A stretch of DNA of 64,000 bases, taken from contig NC_092698.1 of NCBI RefSeq assembly GCF_964275005.1, forward strand, positions 38,664,639-38,728,638, in the 5' to 3' direction. Below are positions 1 through 11,248 of the stretch, piece by piece (the stretch's first letter is position 1; every line of letters starts with the position of its first letter). Origin of the DNA: Diadema setosum. Lineage: Eukaryota. The notes under the pieces were generated by a model. The model was not told the origin of the DNA. It saw only the letters and a list, made by a program, of their open reading frames with translations, and ran no database searches. Made by a program: the position numbers and the translations under genes.

Positions 1-80
1 GTAAGAAGAAGCGCAAATTCACATCAGAAAATATATCATTACTCAACGACGATTTAATCTCGGAGACATGGGATGATGTA

Positions 81-752
81 TTGCTTTGCGCAGACCCAAA
101 TATTGCTTATGATACGTTTTGGAATATATTTCTTTCTTGCTTTAACAAACATATCCCCGCAATTGAAAGGAAAAGTAATAGAAAAATTAAAAATCCATGG
201 ATAACAAAAGGAATTTTCCGATCAATAAAGAAAAGAAATATGTTATATAAATGCAGTTTACGGTATCCTAATAATGATAACGTTAATCGATATAAATTAT
301 ATAGAAATAAATTGACACAAATTATAAGGCTTTCCCGTAGGATGTTTTATACAGAAGCCTTTCAAAATGCTACTGGAAATATGTCAGCCACTTGGAAAGT
401 TATTAATGATGTGATTGGCAAGCAAAAGAATATGTCAACATTTCAAATTATACGTGACGGTCAAACACTCTGTAACCCAAGGGATGTAGCATGTTGTTTC
501 AATGAGTATTTTGTTGCTATAGGTCCTAGTCAAGCTTCAAAAATAGATCCTACACAAACTGATTTTTCGCAGTATTTAGGTGCGTCAAATGATAATTCAT
601 TATTTTTTAAACCAACAGATTATGTTGAGATTCTTGACATTGTTCACTCATTAAAATCAAGTTATGCAACTGGTCATGATGAAATGAGTACGTATTTTTT
701 AAAACAGATTATTGGTAGTATACTGACACCCTTAGTGTACATTTGTAATTAA
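81..752 (+). pseudogene. LINE pol segment upstream of RT domain, separated from RT ORF by stop codon (inactive copy)
   Basis: ORF 81-752 reads directly into 754-2151 except for TAA at 750-752; sequence typical of the region between endonuclease and RT in LINE ORF2. Confidence 0.55.
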
Positions 753-753
753 T

Positions 754-2151
754 TTGTCACTCTCAACTGGTATATTTCCGAATGCATGTAAAATTGCTAA
801 AGTTATTCCAATATATAAAAAAGATGACTCTTCTTTTGTATCAAATTACCGTCCTATTTCTATTCTTCCTAGTATTTCTAAGGTAATAGAAAGGCTTGTA
901 TATAACAGATTGTATGATTTTTTTTTGACACAATATGATATATTTAACCAAGACCAGTATGGCTTCAGGAAATTTCATTCAACAGATATGGCACTAGCCC
1001 AATTATACGATAGAGTGTCGACTGCCTTAGCTGAACAAAAACATGTCATCGGTGTTTTCATGGACCTAAGCAAGGCATTCGACACTCTTGACCAAACTAT
1101 CCTCATACGTAAATTGCAGTCCTATGGTGTTCGTGGTATTCCACTTGAATGGTTTAAAGATTACTCGTTAAATAGAAAACAATATGTGTACTATGAATCT
1201 GTTAACTCTGAAGTATTACCTATACAATGTGGAGTCCCACAAGGATCCATATTGGGACCGTTATTATTTCTAGTGTATGTAAATGATATTTCAAACTCAT
1301 CTAAGTCACTGCAATATATTATGTTTGCTGATGACACCAATGTATTTTGTTCCAATTCTGATTTTCATTCGCTCCTAAGAACTCTTAACACTGAATTACC
1401 GAAATTATCTATGTGGTTTAAGAGTAATAGATTATCACTTAATCTGAAAAAGACAAATTTTATGTATTTCTATAACAAGAAGCACAAAATTGAAATGCAA
1501 CATTTAAATATTATGGTGGATGGTGTATTATTGGAACAAAAAGAGAGTATTAAATTCCTCGGAATATATGTAAATGAAAATATGAAATGGAATGTTCATG
1601 TACAATATATCTCTGATAAAGTATCTCGTAATGTTGGTATACTTCAAAAGTTAAAGTATTATGTCCCTCAGAATATCTTATTTATTTTTAATTCATTGAT
1701 ATTATCGCACATTTCTTATTGCAACATTGTATGGGCAACATCAAAAAGCCACATTGATAGTATATTACTTTTACAAAAGAAAGCAATACGTATATGCACC
1801 AACTCAGGTTATCGAGACCATTCAGATCCTTTATTCGCAGAATTAAGAACACTTAAGGTAAATGACATTAATTTTTTGCAAAACTCACTCTTTATGTTTC
1901 GCTTACATAATGGTCAGTTGCCATCTTCTTTTTACTCATTATTTCAATTAAATAAGGAAATACATTCTTATCCAACAAGACAATCTGATAAGTTTCACTT
2001 GTATAATCCCAAAACAGTGATGGCTCTGAAATCTGTCAGACACACCGGACCCGATGTTTGGAATTCTCTTCCTTCTGAAATTCGAAGTTTAAAGTCCACG
2101 TATTCTTTTAGGAAGGCTGTAAAAACGATGTTGTTATCTGAATATCAGTAA
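754..2151 (+). CDS. LINE reverse-transcriptase domain ORF
   Basis: 465-aa ORF with RT motifs (FMDLSKAFD, GVPQGSILGPLLF, FADDTNVF) and CR1-like C-terminal region. Confidence 0.8.
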   Translation: MSLSTGIFPNACKIAKVIPIYKKDDSSFVSNYRPISILPSISKVIERLVYNRLYDFFLTQYDIFNQDQYGFRKFHSTDMALAQLYDRVSTALAEQKHVIGVFMDLSKAFDTLDQTILIRKLQSYGVRGIPLEWFKDYSLNRKQYVYYESVNSEVLPIQCGVPQGSILGPLLFLVYVNDISNSSKSLQYIMFADDTNVFCSNSDFHSLLRTLNTELPKLSMWFKSNRLSLNLKKTNFMYFYNKKHKIEMQHLNIMVDGVLLEQKESIKFLGIYVNENMKWNVHVQYISDKVSRNVGILQKLKYYVPQNILFIFNSLILSHISYCNIVWATSKSHIDSILLLQKKAIRICTNSGYRDHSDPLFAELRTLKVNDINFLQNSLFMFRLHNGQLPSSFYSLFQLNKEIHSYPTRQSDKFHLYNPKTVMALKSVRHTGPDVWNSLPSEIRSLKSTYSFRKAVKTMLLSEYQ

Positions 2152-2640
2152 TTCCATTGTCATTGTTATATACTCGAAATTCTTTTGTACAAATATCGAC
2201 ACAATTAGTCTATTATGTAATAATGATTATGTAACCGACCATGACCTGTATCAACTGTCCACCTGTACCTCGTTGAAGAAATATTTTGTCATGTCTTGCT
2301 AATCAGTGATACAGGTGATTTTATTTTGTATAAACCTTTCGTGAAAGCAGACAAACCTCTCCCTTCCCTTTCTCCTTTCAACTATCCTATCTCTATGCAA
2401 GTCATCCCTCCCTCCTATTCTCCTTCCGATGTACATTATAATATTATGTTATGCTACGGGGGCTGCACGCAAATCAAGCTACGCTTATGCTGTAGCCCCT
2501 CTGTATTATTCATTGTAGTATGTTTTGTTGTACTTTTGCTGTACATTGTACACAGGCAATGAACAAGAAAATACTTATATATATTATCATATTTATGTTT
2601 GTACATGAATGTGTATATGTACAATGATGATACAGAAACC

Positions 2641-2677
2641 AATAAATCAAATCAAATCAAATCAAATCAAATCAAAC
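2641..2677. repeat. (AAATC)n microsatellite, likely the LINE 3' tail
   Basis: aaatc x7 seen directly. Confidence 0.9.
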
Positions 2678-3570
2678 AATATCAACCATTCTCTTCTGTT
2701 CTATATCGTAATTAGCTGATGACTCTTTTTCCACCAAACAAATTTCCGATCACGTTGGCAAATGCAAGCATAAACGTGTTTTATCACATGACCAAAAGAG
2801 ATATATCATACTCCCTCTGCGTTGACTGGCAAGCAAACTACTCTCTGTGTAACAACATTACATTTCATTTATCATCAAGAAGGATGAGATGGTGACCTGG
2901 TGTATATTGTCCTGCATCTCATTGTTCAGTCTTAAAGAATTAATGCAGTTTTTAATTGTATGACATTATTGGAAATGTAAGAAAGTTTAATTCGTTGTGT
3001 TCATAATGTTCACATATCTTAGTTGGTTTTTTTCTCTCTCTCTCGAAAGGTGTTTTCCTTTTAATCATTCATTCGACTATTTCAGCAAACTTATGATACT
3101 AACACACTTCAGTGCAAATTGGACATAATAATTTTGTTGGATTACACACTGAATAATTGCAGTACAAAACCGAAATAAAACAAAATTCCCCACGAAAACT
3201 GCTATAGATGACAAGAGGAATGTATATTGACAAGTCCTGTGGAATATCACCGTTGCAGAAAGTTCTGTCTTTTAGGATACTCCTATATAGTCAAGAAGAG
3301 ATTTAGATTATTCGTCAGTCATTTGATACGTCGATCATTTCCACCAGTCCTTAAGTCTTAATAAACAATACTTTCACGGCAGAAGTCCGAATGTATTTGT
3401 TTACTCGTTTAGAATTTTAATCTCAGAAAACTGTTGAGATACTTTTATTCAGTACCGGAATGACCGTATGACTGTCGCGTGCCCCAGTTTCTAGACTCAT
3501 TAGGGCTCACATTTAATACTTTAAAGACAATTTTCGTAAACTCATCGAATTTGAATAACGATCAAGAAAT

Positions 3571-3606
3571 AAACAAATAAACAAACAAACAAACAAACAA
3601 ACAAAC
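3571..3606. repeat. (CAAA)n microsatellite
   Basis: aaacaaataaacaaacaaacaaacaaacaaacaaac. Confidence 0.9.
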
Positions 3607-4131
3607 TTATAGTCATAGATGAGGAGGCATTGCCAGAGACAATTATGACCCAAAAAGACATATGAAGACACTTATTTGTGCATCACAGGTACACGATAAG
3701 CCATATCATGCCCCTTTATCAAATTCTACGTACGAAATCATAAAAAAATAAAAAGTAAAACTATGAGAAAAGATAACAAATGAAGGGAAGAAGTCGTGTG
3801 AGTAAAACAAAGGGTAAGGCTTGAACGGTGAAGATTTGTCATTACCTTTAGATTTTTGATTGCAATTTACATTACAACGGGGAGTTCATGTAACGTGTCA
3901 CTGCTGATTTATGACAATAGGTCAATATCTTTTATCGTTATTTCAGACACTATAGCCTATATACACTATGGTCTTGAAGGTAATTCTGCTTTGTAGTTTC
4001 TGATGCAAAAGACAATAAGGAAACTAACTTAGGCACTTGAAATAGTGGCTTTAATTCCAGTAAAGACATGTAGATGTACTTCGCTTTAATCGGCGAGGTG
4101 CATTCGAGGATAGTTGTGTGACTAATCAAAA

Positions 4132-4247
4132 TTAATTGCAGGTAGGTTCATTCTTGTATTCCTCGAACGCCTGCTGCCATGCTGTCATCTCCGTCTTCCA
4201 GTCATCATAACTTTCCCGCCATTCCTTCTCAGTGTCACTTATGTCGT
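4132..4247 (-). CDS. Cholinesterase-like terminal exon encoding a T-peptide / WAT tetramerisation tail (DDISDTEKEWRESYDDWKTEMTAWQQAFEEYKNEPTCN*)
   Basis: ttccag acceptor; three Trp at 7-residue spacing plus a Cys 3 residues from the C-terminus, the hallmark of the cholinesterase T peptide; TAA stop at 4134-4132. Confidence 0.7.
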
Positions 4248-4976
4248 CTGGAAAGAGAGGGAGAGAGAATGAAGAATTGATGTGATTGTCAAAATTAGCG
4301 CGCTTTCTTTTTATAGCTCACACTCGCATCCTGATTTGTCAACCCGTGCGCCAACTAATGACAAAACTAAAAAATGTTTTGGAGTTGCTTTTCTGTCGAT
4401 ACATTTTTTTTATGCATCTCATATTCTTAATGAATTCTGTGATTGATGACATCTATACCCTATTTCATTAAAAAACAAAGATGGCACATTCTGACTCTTT
4501 ACCTTAGGAGACGATGTCGATGTAGAAGAACAAATCAAAAAGGCGGAGACGAATTACATTATTCCAATTATTGGTCTGTTTCGAACATGAATCTATGTTA
4601 GAACTCGATCATTAGCCTTTCTTATACCATCTGTGGGATTACCGTCTGATTGAAGAATAAAAACAGAAGTCCAGTATCGAGAATCTACATGCTGCACTGC
4701 TCACCAAACTTTATACGTTTATACAAAACGAGAATTTATTGTAACGTGCAAAGGGGAGTCATCTACACTTAGGTATAGGGTTAATTGTTTCATGATATCA
4801 GATGGTGATGGTTTCTGGACATTGGTTCTTCCTAATTTTCGTAAACAATTATGGAACATACACACAGACATACAGACACACACAGCATACAACCGTGTTT
4901 CTATACCTGAGATTCTCGAATGTAACCTGCAAAGCTAACGTATAGTATAACGAAGTTATCATGGTATCAAAAATAC

Positions 4977-5158
4977 CTGTAAAAGCCACGAGGGATGGGA
5001 AGTACTGGTTCCAGAAATGGCACTGTCTGGCTCTAATAGCCCTCCCTGTGGGCAATCCTATAGCTATCTCCTTGTACGCGAGTTCAGGGATCGTGTACTC
5101 TGGCCAGGTGTACTGTCCTTCCCACAGGTCTGAATCCATGCTCGGCTTACTGGGGTTT
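4977..5158 (-). CDS. Cholinesterase-like exon 9 (NPSKP...RARQCHFWNQYFPSLVAFTG)
   Basis: tcgtag acceptor; R-A-x-x-C-x-FW-N-x-F-P-x-L block matches the AChE C-terminal catalytic-domain end (RAQTCAFWNRFLPKLLSAT); ACAG|GTATTT donor. Confidence 0.65.
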
Positions 5159-5260
5159 CTACGATACATATAATAGTTGCAATCCATTAATGCATTAAGT
5201 TCTTGTTGTTTAAGTGCCTTCCTCACACTGTCACATGCAAAATTAAATCAATGTTTTTAA

Positions 5261-5643
5261 AGGGTGTGTACAGTTCTGGTCGAGGTGAGGATTTAGCTTT
5301 TAATGTTTTGCGAGATATTCAGAAACCACTCTATGAGATGTCAAAGAGCATGCAGTTCTAAGGGGTATCAAAAGTTTATTCGATGAAAATCGGTTTTGAA
5401 ATGGCTGAGATATCAAAAAACAAGGTGAAACAAAGCGTTCCTAATAAAGTTGTGGCATGTCGCCTTTTATTATTAGCACTTTTTTGGATATCTCGGCCAT
5501 TTGAAAACCAATTTTCTTCAAATAAACATTGAATTCTTCTTAAAATTACATGCTCTTTCATATTTCATATAAGGCTTTTCATTATCTCACTTAGAAATGT
5601 TCAAAACATGAATCCCCACCTCAACCAGTACTGTACAGTCCCT
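5261..5643. mobile_element. MITE family X, copy a (in a cholinesterase-gene intron), TTAA target-site duplication
   Basis: TIR AGGGTGTGTACAG.../...CTGTACAGTCCCT flanked by TTAA (5257-5260 and 5644-5647); internal palindrome gagatatc-aaaaa / ttttggatatctc; homologous to 27103-27495 and 35246-35626. Confidence 0.7.
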
Positions 5644-5807
5644 TTAAAGGCACTCAGAATTTAACTGATAAGGAATTTTGTCTTCAGTACAATGCAAACA
5701 AGAATATCATCTATCCAAAACTTTTCATCATAGATAAGAGGTATTCGTATTTTCTTTTTAATATTAGCAAACTATTTCATTTTTAGTGAATCAAATGACT
5801 GGCTTAC

Positions 5808-6002
5808 CCGGTCTTGGCAAAGTTGGTCCAGAATTGCATCATTATAACGGAGAGGGCGTTCTCCTCGTCAGTCATGTTGTGTCCTTTGACGTGGTACAGC
5901 TCATCAATGAAAGGGACGCCCCACACAAAAGTCATTTCCTCTCCATGTGCCGCACCAAGCCAAGGAGTGTTGGGAGTAAATCCTTCGTACTCATAGAAGC
6001 TC
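5808..6002 (-). CDS. Cholinesterase-like exon 8 (SFYEYEGF...PWLGAAHGEEMTFVWGVPF...FWTNFAKTG; catalytic His)
   Basis: actag acceptor; HGxE catalytic histidine block and WxNFAKTG block; GG|GTAAGC donor. Confidence 0.75.
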
Positions 6003-6513
6003 CTAGTATCAATCAATTGAAAAAAAAAAAATAGTGACACAGTAACACAAAACCAACTGATACAAATGAACACACTCTGCTAAAGTCAGTTTAGAAAGTC
6101 TCTTACTGAACGTAGGTCACAAAAAGTTGAAATGATTGAATTCACTCAATATGACATTACCCATTAACACCCCCCTCTCAAAAAACAAAAACAAAAACAA
6201 CAACAACCAACAACCCAAAAAACAAAAATTACCCCCCAAAAAAATCATCATTGTCAACTTTGGGATTAGCTTTGAGAACGACAATTAATTTTAGTTCGCA
6301 GATGTGCTGATGTGTTGCCAATAAGTCATTTATGTATTTAGATAAGGCGCATATGACACATATTAAAATTCTATGAAATGATAATAATCATTACATGCAT
6401 TAGTACGTTCTGTAAGATTAAATGCTTTCCATTTCGGGCATGAGGTAAGCCTACTCATGTTTCTGTATAACTATCGCCGAAATGCATTAAAGGAAATAGT
6501 TGCAAGTCCATAC

Positions 6514-6969
6514 TTCGTAGGTACGTGGGTCATAAAGTACTGGTAGACGGGGCCGCCGTGTGATGCATGTCCTGCGTGTTCTCTGATGACGTAATCAGTT
6601 GGACAACCGAACATCACATCTCCAAAGAAATCCACGACCGAGTCGAAGTAATCCGCAGTAATGTTGTCTGCAATACTCCAGTCGGTATACTCCTGGTCTA
6701 CAGAGTCGATTATGATCGCATCCTCCAGACCGTTGTAGAAAGTTAGCTGGTATTGAATCGAAGCAAGGTAGGTAGCCCGGTCGTAAGGGGGCGGTGTTTC
6801 GCTACCCGCGTAGGCAGGAAAAGATCCGTATGGTATTAAAGTCCCCTCGTCCTTGTTGAAGCCCGCAACGATTGGTACATGGGCAAAGTCCCCGTTGCTG
6901 TAGAGGTTTTTTGGTGTATCTTCGAGAAACGTACCGTCCAGAGTCACTCGATACACAGCATCATACACC
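6514..6969 (-). CDS. Cholinesterase-like exon 7 (VDGxFLxDTP ... NKDEGTLIPYG ... catalytic Glu block ... YQYFMTHVPTK)
   Basis: cccag acceptor; LDGTFLEDTP, FNKDEGT (triad Glu), YTDW blocks align with BChE/AChE; GTATGG donor after ACGAA. Confidence 0.7.
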
Positions 6970-7162
6970 TGGGCATTATGATATGATAATATGAAGACAG
7001 GTCCAATTTACAGAGCAAAATTGATCATGGCTGATAATCATTAATATTTAATAATTTTAATGAAACTGTACAGGCAGCATTGTGTGTCGATGTATACATC
7101 ACCTCTCCGTCTATCTCATAACTTAATACTTCACTAGAATCCCGATTGTTCTGGCTGAACTT

Positions 7163-7165
7163 ACA

Positions 7166-7205
<40 letters not shown>
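7163..7205. repeat. (CA)n microsatellite
   Basis: seen directly. Confidence 0.9.
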
Positions 7206-7207
<2 letters not shown>

Positions 7208-7444
7208 TATCAATTTACTTTTGTGAATGGGTGTTGATGTTGTCCAGGGGTTTGGAAATTGAGCCGAATCTGAAAGCTATATAATCTAGAAATTAGCATG
7301 TAATTATTTAAAACTGATTTATGATAATTTATCATAATATTCAAGCCACCTCCTAACATGAATTACGTTGAATACGGAACGTTTCAGTACCCTATCAATG
7401 TCGCTAGTTTAGCTGATTTTCTGACATGTCTGAACATCTTGTAT

Positions 7445-7686
7445 AGGTCGGCCGTTCCACAGTAAAAGGGTCTATCTTGAGAAATGTTACTTCGGAAAAA
7501 ACGGGTTTAAAGTTTGGTGTATTTGTATGTCTGCCTCTTGTGTTTGTAAAGAAAGTGGCTTGTGAGTGTAATGTATTATGAAAATATAAAAAAATGAAAT
7601 ATGAAAAATACACCAAACTTTAAACCCGTTTTTCTCCGAAGTAACATTTTTCAAGATAGACCCTTTTACCGTGGAACGGCCGAGGT
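7445..7686. mobile_element. Foldback (hairpin) MITE-like element in a cholinesterase intron: about 80-bp inverted arms around about 85 bp
   Basis: Arm 7445-7522 is the near-perfect reverse complement of 7608-7686 (ggtcggccgttccac...gtttggtgtat). Confidence 0.7.
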
Positions 7687-7990
7687 GTACTAAGAATGGA
7701 AATTACTGTAATCGCTAGGGAAGGATGACTTTCAATAGGGATGGAGTGTTGTTCCTAATCAAGCCAAAATATTTTAAAGTACTTTTTTTTTTCTTCATGT
7801 GAAGCGATGACATTATCTCGTCATGTTCTATGACAGTGTCATAAGAAAATGTGAAATTTGATACTTTTACATCCTTCTGGTTTTTAGCTACCTTATCCAT
7901 TAAAGTACATTAATACTGTGACATTCTCTTTGGTAGATGAGGGTAATAGTACATCATGTACATGGTGCACCACGTTGCCATGGCAGCCAC

Positions 7991-8160
7991 ACCTCATCAG
8001 CGGCCTTCCTGAGTTCTTCAGCATCCTTCTCTTTGAGACATTCCACCAGAGCCTCAGAACTCGACGTGCTGCACCCCATGGTGACGCCCAGTTCTCTCGA
8101 CTTCTCAAGCTCTCTCTCCGGATCGTTGATGAAAGCCCAGTCAGCCAGGGCTGTCCCACT
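7991..8160 (-). CDS. Cholinesterase-like exon 6 (QSGTALADWAF...ALVECLKEKDAEELRKAADE)
   Basis: ttcag acceptor at 8161-8162; conserved QSG and xCLR/K block; donor either GTGTGG (exon end 7993) or GTGGCT (exon end 7991). Only the latter keeps the frame in the printed sequence. Confidence 0.6.
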
Positions 8161-8643
8161 CTGAATCAGTAAAAGGGACTCAAATATGTCACTGGAATGT
8201 ATCCACAGAAAACATGAACAGAAAACAGCAGATGAACTAGTGAGCAATACGAACAAGAATATCCGTAGCAACTGACATGACCCACATGTAACTCACATCA
8301 TTAAACACCCACCAAACATTGCGAAGATACATCAGCAGGCTAATTGGCTTGTTCTAGTGAATGAAACAATGTGCACGTGCAAATGTTCACATTGGCAAGT
8401 ATACCTTTAAAAGATATCCTGGCTCGAGAGAACACGGCGCTAAAGGAGAGCAGTTTGTCGATTACTATTTCCCAATGCATTGCACTTGATGCCGCCATTT
8501 AGCTTTCTCAATAAGAAAATACTGAAAACTGTCAATGAAATTAAGAAGTCGTGTCATGGTACTTGCAGTCTAATACCGTGGAAGTTCTCAGACTGGCTAA
8601 TTCTCAGACCTATATAACAATGTGTACTTACATGTCATTCTTA

Positions 8644-9030
<387 letters not shown>

Positions 9031-9340
9031 TTAACTGGCAGACTTTATAAAGAGAAAGGAAATAGAAAAATTATATAGAAGGAGATAGGTCACTTAACAA
9101 AATTATGAGACTCAATATTCAAAATGTATGGCCGAATTCAGAAAGATTCAGTAATCTTGCTTTAGAGCCAACAGAAAGTTCCTGCTTTTGGTGCATTTCA
9201 CGGAGTGAAACCATGATTCAAAATATCTGGATATAACTTTAATACTCGTCAGTATGATGCTTAGAGAGCATTATAAATCGCGTCAATTTAGATGAGAACT
9301 GCAGTAGTGACTACAGTTTTATTGAAGTACATGTGCTCTG

Positions 9341-9343
<3 letters not shown>

Positions 9344-9385
<42 letters not shown>

Positions 9386-9398
9386 GTATATATATATA
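9344..9398. repeat. (TA)n microsatellite
   Basis: seen directly. Confidence 0.9.
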
Positions 9399-9678
9399 CC
9401 TTGATTGTAATTAAAAGCACTGTGTACATGTATACAATTGTTTCTGTTTAGTATTACATTCTCATCGAAATCAATAAATATAATCTTCTTTTTGTACTGA
9501 CGATATCTGAGATATTACCACTGAATCCTGCAATATCTTGCCACCCTATTGATTTGCATTCAGTGTAATTATTTAAACAAATGGTTGATACATAAAAGCA
9601 AGGCATTAATGTTATTTTAAAATTCAAATATCAGAAACCTATGTCGTGTATGTTGCTCTGTTACCTGGGTATTATTAC

Positions 9679-9756
9679 CTTCAATGTTAGTATAGACCCA
9701 CTTGAGAGCTGCCACCTGATCCAGCATACCAACATTACCAGGAGCTTCTTCATCAG
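9679..9756 (-). CDS. Cholinesterase-like exon 4 (ADEEAPGNVGMLDQVAALKWVYTNIE)
   Basis: EAPGNxGLxDQ block conserved in cholinesterases; ccag acceptor, GTAATAAT donor; phase 1 in and out. Confidence 0.75.
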
Positions 9757-10172
9757 CTGGTAGAAAATGAGATTGAGAGAAATTATCATTTAAAGAACAG
9801 GTGTAAAAAAATACTGAATGACTGGTTAGCTTTAGTCTGAATTGCTTCATATTACTTGGGAAAATCTCTCCGTTTTTACATTCACTAAATATGTGGATGA
9901 TGAACATCATTTGAACTACTGTTGTCCTTTTTTTTTTTGGAGTGGGGAAATATGCCTTCATTTTGTTCTTATCTTCTTCTTTTTTTCTTTGAGAGACAAC
10001 AATGGCTGTTTCGGATCCTTTGACATGCTGTATGTACATGCTGTATCTGAATCTTTGCCTTCTATATTCCATTTTGAATGCACTGGTCGCACATGACCTA
10101 AACAGTTTTGACCAAAAAGAAAAAAAAAATCATTTTTTTTTTCTTGTTTTACTGAAAGTGATAAGAACTGAC

Positions 10173-10332
10173 CTGTGGTGAAAAAAGAGAAAACGTTCAG
10201 GCGGTAGTTGATAGTTACGATTATGACGTCACCGACAGAGACCAATGGGACGCCGCTGAGTTCCACTGTCATCGCGGTTCCAATGGAGAAACCGCCACCG
10301 TGAATAAAGACCATGACTGCAGCACCGTTAAT
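10173..10332 (-). CDS. Cholinesterase-like exon 3 (INGAAVMVFIHGGGF ... NYRLNVFSFFTTG)
   Basis: Oxyanion-hole motif FIHGGGF; NYRL...TG conserved block; aaag acceptor and GTCAGT donor; ends phase 1. Confidence 0.65.
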
Positions 10333-11062
10333 CTTTATCAGTCAAAACAAAATCGATAATAGTATTTCTTGTGGAATTATTATTCATAGCCCATGGATTA
10401 ACATTTATTACAGACAAATTTGACATTCAATGCTAAGAAAGATCATTGAATTTCCTCTCCATATTATAAACAAGATTATTATGTTTAATATGCCATCAAC
10501 AGAACACATTTGTTCCAATAACTATAGACAAATAAGTGGTTAAAGGGATTATCATTATATATTATTATATTCTATTCTATTAAACTATTATTATTATTAC
10601 TATTAATCTTTAATTATTAATCTTTATCAATCAAAACAACATTGATAATTCATGTCTATAACATTGTATTTCTTGTGGAATTATCAACATTTACCACGGA
10701 CAAAATTATCACTAACGTAATTTCGAAGACGTTAATCTTGAGGGTTGACATTGTATGCTAGAAAAGAATAATGAATTTCCTCTCCATATTGTATAACAAA
10801 ATATCATATTCAATAAGGCCTCAACAGAACATATTTGTCCTACTGTGAACACACAAGTGATTAAAAAAAGGAATCTCTGAGACAAATCCACTGTCTCTAA
10901 ATGAAATCCCGAGTATTCGACGAAGGGGGTGTATATGCTTGTAAAGCTAAGCCCACAGTTTTGCGGTAAAAGGCACCGGCGAAAAGTGCAGGCAACAATA
11001 TTGATCCTACATAATTATCATACAGAGAGGGAAAAAAAATCCTTTTCCTTAATGAATCTTAC

Positions 11063-11248
11063 CTTTGGATTAGGAGCAAACACGTTTAGATACAGACAGT
11101 CTTCTGACATCTTCTCGGGAGGCGGGAAAAAGTCAAATACACCTTGCTGACACACAGCTTCAAATTCCGTAGCGTTCCTTTCTCCTTCCCATGACGTCAT
11201 ATTTGTGGGCGGGGCGAATCTCTCAGGAGGGGCTGCATAAGGCACCCC
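11063..11248 (-). CDS. Cholinesterase-like exon 2 (GVPYAAPPERF ... EDCLYLNVF)
   Basis: tatag acceptor; carboxylesterase type-B signature 2 EDCLYLNV; joins exon 1 as VFLGVPYAAPP (matches the cholinesterase FLGIPYAQPP region); GTAAGA donor. Confidence 0.75.

Larger units (their letters stand above)
1..2680 (+). mobile_element. 3' portion of a degenerate non-LTR retrotransposon (LINE, CR1/L2-like RT); 5' end lies outside window
   Basis: Continuous pol frame 81-2151 interrupted by in-frame TAA at 750-752; RT motifs PQGSILGPLLF and YIMFADDTNVF (FADD box); 3' UTR ending in (AAATC)7 at 2641-2677. Confidence 0.8.

Noticed and set aside
4849-5226. Full 125-aa track ORF as the last cholinesterase exon
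   Set aside because: Only 4977-5158 is exon. It is bounded by a tcgtag acceptor at 5159-5160 and an ACAG|GTATTT donor. Homology ends at ...SLVAFTG, and a separate T-peptide exon follows at 4132-4247.
7025-7213. Set of track ORFs (7025-7213, 15734-15982, 16191-16620, 29316-29760, 31537-31859, 45110-45499 tail, 59486-60057, 62892-63321) containing CVCVCV, LLLLLL, RRRRRR, YIYIYI or HTHTHT runs
   Set aside because: They are translations of microsatellites ((CA)n, (AAG)n, (CTT)n, (TA)n, (GGC)n) and homopolymers, not genes.
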